Of a DNA stretch of 64,000 nucleotides, positions 27,233 through 36,864 are shown piece after piece. The DNA is taken from assembly GCA_965202985.1 (NCBI GenBank), contig CBDBCF010000001.1, forward strand, positions 1,728,001-1,792,000, read 5' to 3'. The translations under genes were made by a program, and so were the position numbers. The notes below the pieces were generated by a model. It was not told the origin of the DNA. It saw only the letters and a list, made by a program, of their open reading frames with translations, and ran no database searches. The DNA comes from Longimicrobiales bacterium. Lineage in GTDB: Bacteria > Gemmatimonadota > Gemmatimonadetes > Longimicrobiales > Gaopeijiaceae. How positions within the stretch are numbered: the stretch's first letter is position 1; every line of letters starts with the position of its first letter.

Positions 27233-28595
27233 TTAGTCGGTGCAGTCGCAGGCGGGCGTGCCGACGGCGTACCGGCCCAGGTCGGGCGCGGCGCCGGCTG
27301 CGATTTCGGCGAAGGTGGGGCCGCTCAGGCCGAAGAAGCCGAAGCTGGCCGTGCCGTCGCCGTCGCGGGCGGCCACCTGTCTGCGGTAGCGCTCCTCCAT
27401 CCGGCTCCACCAGGCGATGTCCGACGGTGCGCCGGCTTCCCGGTCGGGGTCGGGCCGGGCCGCCGCGGCCGCCAGCGACCGAGTGCCCTTCATGAAGCAG
27501 AAAACGCAGTTGCCCGCGTGCTCCGGGATGCGGAGGTCGAAGTCGCGTCCCAGCCAGAAGCGGCGGACGCCCGCGGCGTCGATGCCCCACTCCGCCAGCG
27601 GGAAGATCGGATGCTCGCCCGGCGGCTGGGTATGGATGGAGCAGGATGTGCTGGCCCCTTCGGCGAAGACCGAGCGGGACTCGATCTTGTCGATGCGCTT
27701 CTGCTCGTCGGCTCGAAGGCCCAGCAGCGTGACGTGGCCGGCGTGGGCGGGTCCCCACATCGGCGCGGGACCCGGAGGACGGTCGACAGCGTCGAGGCGC
27801 TCCCCGGGCACCGGCATCGGCGCGTCCGTGTAGTCGCTCCAACGCTGGGCTGGGCGCGCCGGCGGGCGTTCCGTCATGCAGCGCACCCGTTGCCGGTACA
27901 CGTCGGCAGGCGCCGCGCCCCGGTTGCGACGGTACTGAACCAGAGCCTTCTGCGGCGTCACGAACCGTCGTCGTCCCCAGTGGCCGGCGTGGGCGGGGCC
28001 GTCGGTGACGCCCAGCCACTCGGCCAGAAGCTCGTGCGACGGATACAGCTTGAGTTTGGCCGTGCACGAGCGGCTGTGGGGGTTGGGCAGCATCCCCTGG
28101 TAGGAGAGCATCTCCTCGAAGACCTCGCCTCGGGAGCGAAAGCCCCGGGGATCGTCCTCCACGGGCTCGGGCAGAACCAGCCGGTACGAGGGGCGCCGGA
28201 CGTACACGCCCCGCGAGGCGTCCTCCACCGTGCAGAACTCGAACCAGAAGAACGGGATGCCGAAGTCGCGCTCCAGGCGCCGCTTGCACTGTCGCGCGAA
28301 GTCGTAGGTGGCCGGGTGCTCCGCAGACGTGTTGGCGAAGAGGATTGCGTCGCCGCGCTCGGGCCGAAGCAGCCCCGATTCGGCCAGCAGGAACGCTAGT
28401 GCGGCCGAGGACCTTCCGCCGGAGAACTTGACGATGTGCGGAAGGCGTTCGTGCTCCTTGGCGCGAGCGGCGATCTCGCGGGCGCCGACCTCCCTGGGGG
28501 CGGGAGCTGTGCTACCGGACTGCGGCCGTCCGATTAGGGTCGGAAGACGACCTCCCGAAATTTTCGGGGGGGGGGGGGGGGGCGGGAAAGGGCAT
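27233..28595 (-). CDS. PAPS-reductase/DndC-fold adenine-nucleotide alpha-hydrolase with Cys clusters; only ATG is out of frame across a C17 tract
   Basis: The frame of ORF 27233..28228 is open upstream: PHIVKFSGGRSS (PP-loop), ANTSAEHPATY, GIPFFWFEF; also RSCTAKLK, GLRADE, FPL, GNCVFCFMK, C-terminal CDCTD; no in-frame ATG/GTG/TTG before the PP-loop; ATG 28595 becomes in frame if the tract is 16 or 19 nt. Confidence 0.78.
28566..28582. repeat. G17/C17 homopolymer tract
   Basis: 17 consecutive G on the + strand, by far the longest homopolymer noticed in the window; lies between ATG 28595 and the PP-loop coding region. Confidence 0.85.
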
Positions 28596-28609
28596 AACTG
28601 TGGTGCTGT

Positions 28610-29848
28610 TCAGCCCCCCGCCGGCTCCAGCCTCACGATCGGCGTCTCGTTGCCCTGGCGGCTCTCGATCGCCACGTAGATGAAGCCGTCGGGCCCTTGG
28701 CGGATGTCGCGGACGCGGCCCAGCCCGCGCAACAGGGTTTCGGACGCGACGACACGGTTGCCGTCCACGGAAAGGCGGTCGATGCGCCGGCCGGAGAGGC
28801 CGCCGGCGAACAGGCTGCCTTGCCACTCCGGGAACCTGTCGCCCGTGTAGAACAAGAGGCCGGACGTTCCGATGGAGGGGACCCAGACGTGCAGCGGCTG
28901 CTCCATGCCGTCGGCGTGCGTGGCGGCGTGAATGGCGCTGCCGGAACCGTAGTTGACGCCGTAGCCGATCACGGGCCAGCCGTAGTTCTTGCCGGGCTCG
29001 GACACGTTCACTTCGTCGCCGCCTTGGGGTCCGTGCTCGGTGAGCCAGACGGCGCCGGTCTCGGGGTGGACGGCGAGCCCCTGCGGGTTCCTGTGCCCGT
29101 AGCTCCAAATGTCGGGTCGGGCGGCGCTATGGTTCACGAACGGATTGTCCTCCGGCACGCGGCCGTCGTCGTGAAGACGGACGATCACGCCGTGATGGTT
29201 CGACATGTCCTGGGCCGGATGGGCGGCAAGGTCGCCGCGCGGGGGCACCTGGCGGTCGCCCACGCTCAGGAACAGGTAGCCGTCGGCGTCGAAGGCCAGC
29301 TTGCAGCCGAAGTGGCCGGCCCCTTGCGACGCAGCCTCGAAGATCTCGTCGACCAGGGTGAAGCGGTCGTTCTCGAAGGTGCCGCGCACCACCGCCGTGG
29401 TGGCCTGCGGTCGATCGGGCTCGGGACCGTCTCCGATCCGCTTGGAGTAGCTGATGTAGACGAGTCGGTTGGACGCGAAGTCCGGGTGGACCGCCACCTC
29501 CATCATCCCGCCTTGGCCCACCGCCACCACGTCGGGAACGCCGGGAACGGGATCGGGAAGCAACGCGCCGTCGCGGACGATGCGAAGCCGTCCGGGGCGC
29601 TCGGTGACCAGCATGTCGCCCCCGGGCAGGAACGCCATCGACCACGGGTTCACCAGCCCGTCGACAACGGTGACCACCCGGTAGTCGTGATGCACCGAGC
29701 GCATGACGTCTTCCTGTGCTGCCGCACCCGCGGCCGGGGCGACGGAAAGCCCCGGAGCCAGTCCGGCGAGAAAGCCGGCGGCAAGGGCAAGCGGCAAGAC
29801 GTTCTTCCTTCTCGTGGCGGAATCGTGGCTAGCGGCGTAGTGGCCCAT
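28610..29848 (-). CDS. PQQ-dependent sugar dehydrogenase (YliI/GSDH family), copy A
   Basis: PWSMAFLPGGDMLVTERPG, WSYGHRNPQG, EHGPQGGDEVN, GKNYGWP, RVRDIRQGPDG; signal peptide. Confidence 0.9.
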   Translation of the reverse strand: MGHYAASHDSATRRKNVLPLALAAGFLAGLAPGLSVAPAAGAAAQEDVMRSVHHDYRVVTVVDGLVNPWSMAFLPGGDMLVTERPGRLRIVRDGALLPDPVPGVPDVVAVGQGGMMEVAVHPDFASNRLVYISYSKRIGDGPEPDRPQATTAVVRGTFENDRFTLVDEIFEAASQGAGHFGCKLAFDADGYLFLSVGDRQVPPRGDLAAHPAQDMSNHHGVIVRLHDDGRVPEDNPFVNHSAARPDIWSYGHRNPQGLAVHPETGAVWLTEHGPQGGDEVNVSEPGKNYGWPVIGYGVNYGSGSAIHAATHADGMEQPLHVWVPSIGTSGLLFYTGDRFPEWQGSLFAGGLSGRRIDRLSVDGNRVVASETLLRGLGRVRDIRQGPDGFIYVAIESRQGNETPIVRLEPAGG

Positions 29849-30011
29849 ATGGAATCACCTTGACTGGATTGATGTGCGCTCGTGGCGTCCATCAATTCTA
29901 CCGTCCAGCCCCGGCAGCTGTCCAGCACCGGATCGCCAGCGCGGGGAACCCCGGTCCCGTCTACCGCCTCTCGCCTTGCCCCTGGCCACGAATCGGCCCT
30001 ATCGTCGGCGC

Positions 30012-33000
30012 GTGACTGTCCCCGAACCCGTGCGATCCAGGGCGAACCGGCTTGCCGCGACGCTGCCGTTGCTGTTGGCCGCAGCCGCAGCCGGAACCGC
30101 GACGGCCCAAGCCGCGACGGCCCAAGACCAAGAAGGGTCGAGGCCGGCCCGCGCCACCGTGCACGAAGCGACGCGCGTCCTGGACACCTACCCGTTCTCT
30201 GACCCGAACCCCGTGCCGGTGCTGGCTCGGGACCCGCGCCTCTACCCCTACCACACCTTCGAGGGCTACTCCGCCGCGCCCGAACCCCGGGAATGGAAGG
30301 TGGTCACCCTGGAGAACGACCTGATCCGGGTCTTCGTCCTGCCCGAGATCGGGGGCAAGGTGTGGGGCGCGGAGGTCAAGGCGACGGGCCGCGAGTTCAT
30401 CTATCGCAACGAGGTCGTGAAGTTTCGCAACATCGCGCTGCGCGGGCCGTGGACCTCGGGCGGGATCGAGTTCAACTTCGGCGTCATCGGCCACACGCCT
30501 GCGACGGCCACGCCGGTGGACTACGCGTGCCGCGAAAACGACGACGGAAGCGCAAGCTGCTTCGTCGGCGCCATGGACCTGCCGTCCCGAACCCACTGGC
30601 GCGTGGAGATTCGCCTTCCGCCGGACCAGGCGTACTTCGAGACGCGCGTGCTGTGGCACAACCCGACGCCGTTGGAGCAGCCGTACTACAACTGGATGAC
30701 CGCGGCGGCGTTCGCTCGCGACGACTTGGAGCTGTTCGTGCCCGGACGTTCGTACCTGGAGCATGCGGGGCGCGAACGGCCTTGGCCCGAGGACGAATCC
30801 GGGCGCTACCTGCCGATGTACCGCAACAACGCGTTCGGGGGCCACAAGTCCTACCACGTCGTCGGCGAGCTAAACGACTTCTTCGGCGGCTACTACCACG
30901 ACGAAGACTGGGGCTGGGGACACTGGGCCCGCTACGAAGAGATGCCGGGTCAGAAGATGTGGCTGTGGGCGCTCTCGCGGGCGGGGGGCGTGTGGGAAGA
31001 CCTGCTGACCGACGACGACGGCCAGTACGTGGAGTTCCAGGCTGGACGGCTGTTCGTGCAGTACTCGCCGGACGATCCCGTCGCGAATCCAATCACGCAG
31101 GTCGGCTTCGACCCCATGTCCTCCAGCCGGTGGACCGAGACGTGGTTCCCGTTGCAGGGTACGGGCGGAATGTCCGACGCGTCGCGGGGCGGGGCCATGC
31201 ACGCATGGGTCGAGGGCGACAGCCTGCGGGTCGCCGTCCACGCCTTCGGAGCGGCCGAGGACACGCTGGAAGTCTGGTCGGGCGACCGACCGCTCGCTGC
31301 CGTCCCCGTGCGCCTGGCGCCGCTAACGCCCCTTCGGACCTCGTTTCGCGTCGCTCCCGATCAGCCCTATCGCGTACGCCTGGCCGCCGTCGGACTCGAC
31401 TACGAATCGGACCCGGCCGACCGGATGCTCTCCCGCCCGTTCGCGACCGAAGCCGACGCGTGGGCGACCGCTCCCGAACCCCGGCGCCTGGCCTTCGAGG
31501 CCCGGCAACTGGCCCTGGGCCGCCGCTACGGCGAAGCCCGGCGCACCTTCCAGCAGGCAGCGGAAGACGACCCCTGGAACCGGAACGTGCTGCTGGGCTT
31601 GGCCGAACTGGCCCTGCGGTCGGCGCGCTACGAAGAAGGACTGGCACACGCGCGGCGCGCCCTTCAGCTGGACACCTACGATCCCAAAGCCAACTTCCTG
31701 GCCGGCAACCTCTACTCGGCGCTGGGCCGCACCGCCGACGCCCGGGACGCCTTCGGCTGGTCGGCGCGCTCCATGGCGTTCCGGGCGGCCTCGTATGCGC
31801 GCTTGGCCGAGGTGGCGACGGCCGCGGGCGAGTGGGACGAAGCGAAGCGCTACGCCGAGTTGGCGCTGGACTTTGACCGACACAGCGTGCCCGCGTGGCA
31901 GGTGCTGGCGATCCGGGGCCGAACGACGGCCGACCACGCCGCCGCGACGCACGCGCGAGCCCGGTTGCTGGAGATCGACCCGCTGCACCATTTCGCGCTG
32001 GCCGAAGAGTACTTGGCGGCTCGGTCCGCCGTTGCCGAACGCCGCTTTCTGGCAGCTCTGCGCAACGAGTACCCGGGCCAGACCGTCTTGGAGCTTGCCG
32101 TCGGCTACGCCAACCGCGGACTGCCGGAGGACGCGCTGGCGCTGCTGGAGTTGGCGCTGGTGCGGGGTACGGACGCGGGCGCAGGCGCAGATGGCACGGA
32201 CGCACGCGCGGCCGCCGGCAGCGGCGTCGGCTCGGCCGGACTTGCGGGCGCGGCCATGACCGCTTGGCGCGCCTACCTCTTGCAGGACCCGTCGCTGCTT
32301 GCCGATCCAGGGGAGCCGGCGTTCGCCTTTCCGTTTCGCGTCGAGACGCTGCCGGTTCTGCGTTGGGCGGCCGCGCAAAGCCGGGCCGCGGGCCAGCCGG
32401 GCAGTTGGGTCTGGACGTACCTGCTGGGACTGAACTTGTGGGCGCTGAACCGCGAAGAAGAAGCCGCCCAGGCCATGGAGTCGCTGGCGGACGAACCGGA
32501 CTACGGTCCATCCTACGCGGCCCGCGGCCTCTTGTTGCAGGCGTGGCGGGGCCGGAACCCGGAAGTGGACCTTTCGCGGGCCGCGGCGCTGGACCCCGAG
32601 AGTCGCGTCCTGCGGATCGCGCTGATCCGCCATCGTCAGAGCGAAGGCGACTGGGAGCGTGCGCTGGTTGCGTCGGTGGAAGCCCGTCGCGCATTCCCGG
32701 ACGACTTCGACCTGGAGCTGCTGCACGCGCGCGGGCTCGTGAACACGGACCAGCCGCTCGCGGCGTTGGAGATCCTGGCCGCCGTCCGAGTCCTCCCCTC
32801 CGAGAACTCGCGCGAGAGCCATCGGCTGTTCGAGCTGGCCCACATCGCCGCGGCGCTGGACGCCTTGGCTCCCGGCGGCGGCGGACACGCCGCGGCGCGC
32901 GCCCACCTGGAAGCCGCCCTCGATTGGCCGGAGTCGCTGGGCCAAGGGCGCCCCTACGACCCGGACGAGCGCTGGGTCCGGTACCTGTTGGGCGTCGCGG

Positions 33001-33287
33001 CCACACAAGCGGGCGACCCCGCCGCGGCGCGGCGGCACTTCCAGGAGGTCGTGGACGCTACGCCAATCCTGGGCCTCTCGGACGCAGACGCCGCGGCCGG
33101 CGCCGAACGGCCTGCCGGACCGCTTGCCCGGGCAGACCTGCCGGCGGTGCTGGCGATCCGCGCCCTGGGACGCGCGACCGCCGTCGGCGGCGTGGACGCG
33201 GTTGTTGCCGCCGTCGCGGCCGCCGGGAACGACCCCCGCGACCTGGAAGGCAGGCTGCTGGCGCGCACGCTGGCCCTGTCGCCCTGA
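30012..33287 (+). CDS. DUF5107-domain protein with TPR repeats, exported
   Basis: LENDLIRVFVLPEIGGKV, RGPWTSGGIEFN, PGQKMWLW, YVEFQAG, followed by TPR-like helical repeats; start uncertain. Confidence 0.8.
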   Translation: MTVPEPVRSRANRLAATLPLLLAAAAAGTATAQAATAQDQEGSRPARATVHEATRVLDTYPFSDPNPVPVLARDPRLYPYHTFEGYSAAPEPREWKVVTLENDLIRVFVLPEIGGKVWGAEVKATGREFIYRNEVVKFRNIALRGPWTSGGIEFNFGVIGHTPATATPVDYACRENDDGSASCFVGAMDLPSRTHWRVEIRLPPDQAYFETRVLWHNPTPLEQPYYNWMTAAAFARDDLELFVPGRSYLEHAGRERPWPEDESGRYLPMYRNNAFGGHKSYHVVGELNDFFGGYYHDEDWGWGHWARYEEMPGQKMWLWALSRAGGVWEDLLTDDDGQYVEFQAGRLFVQYSPDDPVANPITQVGFDPMSSSRWTETWFPLQGTGGMSDASRGGAMHAWVEGDSLRVAVHAFGAAEDTLEVWSGDRPLAAVPVRLAPLTPLRTSFRVAPDQPYRVRLAAVGLDYESDPADRMLSRPFATEADAWATAPEPRRLAFEARQLALGRRYGEARRTFQQAAEDDPWNRNVLLGLAELALRSARYEEGLAHARRALQLDTYDPKANFLAGNLYSALGRTADARDAFGWSARSMAFRAASYARLAEVATAAGEWDEAKRYAELALDFDRHSVPAWQVLAIRGRTTADHAAATHARARLLEIDPLHHFALAEEYLAARSAVAERRFLAALRNEYPGQTVLELAVGYANRGLPEDALALLELALVRGTDAGAGADGTDARAAAGSGVGSAGLAGAAMTAWRAYLLQDPSLLADPGEPAFAFPFRVETLPVLRWAAAQSRAAGQPGSWVWTYLLGLNLWALNREEEAAQAMESLADEPDYGPSYAARGLLLQAWRGRNPEVDLSRAAALDPESRVLRIALIRHRQSEGDWERALVASVEARRAFPDDFDLELLHARGLVNTDQPLAALEILAAVRVLPSENSRESHRLFELAHIAAALDALAPGGGGHAAARAHLEAALDWPESLGQGRPYDPDERWVRYLLGVAATQAGDPAAARRHFQEVVDATPILGLSDADAAAGAERPAGPLARADLPAVLAIRALGRATAVGGVDAVVAAVAAAGNDPRDLEGRLLARTLALSP

Positions 33288-33311
33288 GCGCCCGAGCCCC
33301 GCCCCGAGCCG

Positions 33312-33938
33312 TCAGTTCCTGGCCGTGGTCCGCAGGGCCTCCGCCACCGACTCGGCGATCCTCCGCTCGAGCACGCCCTTGGATGTGCAGTGGAGCTGGT
33401 TGCCGCTGACCGCCCGAGGCCGGCACCAGGCGTCCACCAGCGTCGTCACCTCGGTGCTCTCCGGCCCGGCGGGCGCCAAGGTGGTCACCACCGTCAACGT
33501 GATGTCGTGCTGGTTGGCCAGCGGGCCGGCGAAGTCGGAGCCGCAGTCCAGAAATGCGGCCATCCGGTCTCCGTCGATGCGCCGGGCCAGGAATCCCGGA
33601 TTGCCCAGCCCGCTCGACCCGGGGTCGGCGTACTCGATCGGGATGCCCAGCTGGTCGTAGGTGTGGCCCAGCACGCCCCATGCGGCCTTGGGGTCGGCGT
33701 CCACCGTGAACTTGCGGATGCTGGGCTCGGTGTAGAGGTCGACGGGAGCGTATCCGCCGACGCGGACGACTTGGCGGTGCTCGCCGAACGCGGGGGCCGC
33801 GGGGGCGCCGTCACGTTGGGTGGGGACCGACGTGCAGCCGCTCGCGGCCGCCCAGACGACGGCGAGAGCCAGGAGGGCCAAGCGGCGGGCGAAGGCTAGG
33901 GGCCGATTGCGGCGGCCCCGTTCGAAGCGCGTGTCCAT
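33312..33938 (-). CDS. Hypothetical lipoprotein, tandem paralogue 2
   Basis: Lipobox ASGC; shares YxQLGIP, LGNPG, FxDCGSDFxGPLAN, AVSGN..HC.S.GVLE.RIA with the next gene. Confidence 0.75.
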   Translation of the reverse strand: MDTRFERGRRNRPLAFARRLALLALAVVWAAASGCTSVPTQRDGAPAAPAFGEHRQVVRVGGYAPVDLYTEPSIRKFTVDADPKAAWGVLGHTYDQLGIPIEYADPGSSGLGNPGFLARRIDGDRMAAFLDCGSDFAGPLANQHDITLTVVTTLAPAGPESTEVTTLVDAWCRPRAVSGNQLHCTSKGVLERRIAESVAEALRTTARN

Positions 33939-34032
33939 GCTGTATCTCCGTTGTGGATCGCGTGAAGAGGGATCGAACAACGGTGATACTCGGCAACCCC
34001 GGAAAAAGTTCCCGGGGGGCGCCGACGGGGGA

Positions 34033-34623
34033 TCAGCGCGTGTCGAGCGCCTCCGCCACCAACTGGGCGATGCGCATCTCCAGCACGCCGCGGGACTGAC
34101 AGTGGATCGGGTTGCCGCTTACCGCGCGAGGGCGCCCGTAGGCGTCCATGACCGTGAGCACCTCGGTGTTCTCGTCGTCCTGGGCGGTCAGCTTGGTCGA
34201 GACGGACAGGGTGACCTCGTACTGGTTCGCCAGCGGACCCGAGAAGTCCGAGCCGCAGTCGATGAACGCGTTCAAGCGATCGCCGCCGACGCGCCGAGCC
34301 CGGTAGCCCGGGTTGCCCAGCTGCATGGCCCGGGGGTCCGTGCGCGTGATCGGGATTCCCAGCTGCTCGTAGACGCCGCCGAGGACTCCCCAGGCGTTCC
34401 GGGCCGAAGCGGCCACGACGCGCGCACCGACGCCGGGCTCGTTGAAGATCTCCACGGGAGCGTAGTTCGCCACTCGGACCACGTTGCGGGTCTGGGCCGG
34501 CAGCGCCGCACTCTCGTCGGCGCCCGTCGCGCCGGAAGACGAGGCGCACCCGGCGGACGACGCGACCACGGCCGCCATGAGCAGGAAGAGCGAGCTTTCG
34601 ATCCAGCGGTGACGAACGTTCAT
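34033..34623 (-). CDS. Hypothetical lipoprotein, tandem paralogue 1
   Basis: ATG after AAGGAG; lipobox SAGC; conserved Cys pair shared with the paralogue. Confidence 0.75.
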   Translation of the reverse strand: MNVRHRWIESSLFLLMAAVVASSAGCASSSGATGADESAALPAQTRNVVRVANYAPVEIFNEPGVGARVVAASARNAWGVLGGVYEQLGIPITRTDPRAMQLGNPGYRARRVGGDRLNAFIDCGSDFSGPLANQYEVTLSVSTKLTAQDDENTEVLTVMDAYGRPRAVSGNPIHCQSRGVLEMRIAQLVAEALDTR

Positions 34624-34637
34624 GTCGGCTCCTTCGA

Positions 34638-34818
34638 GGCTTGTTGCACGGCCGTTGCCGCCGATTCCCAGAACTCGGCGCGCCGTCCCGGCGCCAAGGG
34701 GAGGCGGGGCGGGCCGCCCTCCACGACCTGCACGAAGTGAATGTCGCCCAGTTTCGCCGGTCGGTCCACCTGGAAGCTCCTGCCCGCCCATGAGAACACG
34801 ACAGCACCGGCCCGCCCG
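34638..34818 (-). repeat. Duplicated 3' end of the zincin gene (copy of about 38762..38998, with an internal deletion)
   Basis: Near-identical run cgacctgcacgaagtgaatgtcgcccagtttcgc..ccacctggaagctcctgcccgccca at both sites; translates to FSWAGRSFQV(D/E)RPAKLGDIHFVQV. Confidence 0.85.
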
Positions 34819-34825
34819 TCGCGGG

Positions 34826-36022
34826 TTACGTCTCCGCCGGCTCCAGCCTCACGATCGGCGTCTCGTTGCCCTCGCGACTGTCGATCGCCACGTAGATGAA
34901 GCCGTCGGGTCCTTGGCGGATGTCGCGGACGCGGCCCACGTCGCGCAAGAGGGTTTCGGACGCGACGACTCGGTTGCCCTCCAACGAAAGTCGGTCGATG
35001 CGCTGGCCGACCAAGCCGCCGGCGAACAAGCTGCCCTGCCACTCCGGGAACTTGTCGCCCGTGTAGAACATGAGGCCGGACGTTCCGATCGAGGGCACCC
35101 AGACGTGCAGCGGCTGCTCCATGCCGTCGGCGTGCGTGGCGGCGTGAATTGGGCTGCCGGAGCGGTAGTTGACGCCGTAGCCGATCACCGGCCAGCCGTA
35201 GTTCTTGCCGGGCTCGGAGACGTTCACTTCGTCGCCGCCCTTGGGGCCGTGTTCGGTGAGCCAGACGGCGCCGGTCTCGGGGTGCACGGCGAGTCCTTGG
35301 GGATTGCGGTGTCCGTAGCTCCAAATCTCGGGCCGGGCGCCTTTCCAGCCTATGAAGGGATTGTCGTCGGGCACGCGGCCGTCGTCGTGAATGCGGACGA
35401 CGACGCCGTCGTGGTTCGACACGTCCTGGGCCGGATGGGCGGCAAGGTCGCCATCCAGGGATGCATAGTGGTCGCCTACTGTTACGAACAGGTGGCCCTC
35501 TGCGCCGAAGGCCAGCCTGCAACCGAAGTGCGCGGGGATGGTCCCGACCGACAAGGCCTTGAATATCTCGTCGACGAGCGTGAATCGGTCGTTCTCGAAG
35601 GTGCCGCGCACCACCGCCGTGGTGGCTTGGCGTCGGTCGGTGTCGGACCCCGCTCCGACCGGCTTGGAGTAGCTGATGTACAGAAGCCGGTTGGACGCGA
35701 ACTCCGGGTGAGCCGTCACTTCCATGAGCCCGCCCTGGCTGATCGCCACCACCTCGGGAACGCCCGGAACGGGATCGGGAAGCAACACCCCGTCGCGGAT
35801 GAGGCGAAGTCGTCCGGGACGCTCGGTGACCAGCATGTCGCCTCCGGGCAAGAACGCCATCGACCACGGATGAACCAGCCCGTCCGCAACCGCGACCACC
35901 CGATAGTCGTGATGCGCCGAACGCATGACGTCCTCGGCGCCCGTGCCGCATCCGGCCGTTGCCGCCACGACCACGACCATCACAGTCTGGATGAACAAGG
36001 ATCGGTTCAAGTCTACCCGCAT
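34826..36022 (-). CDS. PQQ-dependent sugar dehydrogenase (YliI/GSDH family), copy B, lipoprotein
   Basis: Same motifs as copy A with long nucleotide-identical stretches; lipobox TAGC; the annotated ATG lies inside the IS1380 left end. Confidence 0.88.
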   Translation of the reverse strand: MRVDLNRSLFIQTVMVVVVAATAGCGTGAEDVMRSAHHDYRVVAVADGLVHPWSMAFLPGGDMLVTERPGRLRLIRDGVLLPDPVPGVPEVVAISQGGLMEVTAHPEFASNRLLYISYSKPVGAGSDTDRRQATTAVVRGTFENDRFTLVDEIFKALSVGTIPAHFGCRLAFGAEGHLFVTVGDHYASLDGDLAAHPAQDVSNHDGVVVRIHDDGRVPDDNPFIGWKGARPEIWSYGHRNPQGLAVHPETGAVWLTEHGPKGGDEVNVSEPGKNYGWPVIGYGVNYRSGSPIHAATHADGMEQPLHVWVPSIGTSGLMFYTGDKFPEWQGSLFAGGLVGQRIDRLSLEGNRVVASETLLRDVGRVRDIRQGPDGFIYVAIDSREGNETPIVRLEPAET

Positions 36023-36864
36023 TATTCACGAGGTTTGTTGCGAGGGGAGTGGCGCGCGGCGGCGAGGCCATCAGGCTCAAGGTTCGCGGCCGAGAACCGG
36101 CGGCCTGCCGCACGCGACGCCAAGATGAAGATATTGGGTGCTCCGTTTCGGTACAACAAAGTCGGTGCGGGTCGAGGTGCGGCCCACAAGGTGACGGGCG
36201 ACGCGGGCGTTCTCTTGTGTCGCGAGGTGTTGAGCGCGAGCGGCGTGGACCGCTGGCTGAGCAAGCGGATCGACGACGCTCGGGACCCGCGCAGGACACG
36301 GCATTCGCTGGCGGAGCTGGTGCGGATGGCATGCCTGCTGGCGGCTCAGTGTCGTCGGGACCACGCCGACGCGACGATGTTGCGGGACGATCCGGCGTTC
36401 CGGCTGGCGGCGAGCGGGCGGGCGGGCACGACGCCGCTGGCGGCGGGGCGTGTGCTGGCGTCGCAGCCGACGCTGTCGCGGCTGGTGGCGATGCTGTCGC
36501 GGGGGGACAACCCGGAGGTGTTGCGGGAGGGGCTGGCGCGGCTGGCGGCTGCGGGCGTGCAACGGCGGGCGTCGGCTGGCGGAGATGGTGGTGGATGTGG
36601 ACAGCCTGCCGATCGAGGTTCACGGCGAGCAGCCGGGCGTCGGCTGGAACGGCTGTTGCAAGGCGACGGTGTACCATCCGCTGGTGGCGTCGTCGGCGGA
36701 GACGGGCGACTTGCTGGACGCTCGGCTGCGGGCGGGCAAGGCGCACACGGCTGCGGGCGGGACGGAGTTGGCCCCGCTCGCGCACTCGTCTTGCGGTACT
36801 CGCCTTGTGCACGTCCGCAATCTCGCCCCAACCACAACTTCACACGAGTCATGAATAAGGCGGG
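36016..36864 (+). mobile_element. Internally deleted IS1380-family element (non-autonomous)
   Basis: Terminal IRs CCCGCATTATTCACGA (36016) and TCATGAATAAGGCGGG (ends 36864); broken transposase from ATG 36125 with VTGDAGVLLCRE, LASQPTLSR, then after a frameshift VDVDSLPIEVHGEQ, YHPL. Confidence 0.82.

Noticed and set aside
25213..27495. Long antisense or alternate-frame ORFs (also 34622..37096, 52234..55098, 31093..33006 and many others)
   Set aside because: Arg/Pro/Gly-rich shadows of real genes, expected in high-GC DNA; no motifs apart from the embedded IS1380 fragment already reported.
27233..28595. Gene 1 as housekeeping cysH or part of a canonical dnd/ssp cluster
   Set aside because: No cys operon context, no ECG(L/I)H C-terminal motif of CysH, and no other dnd/ssp genes in the window.
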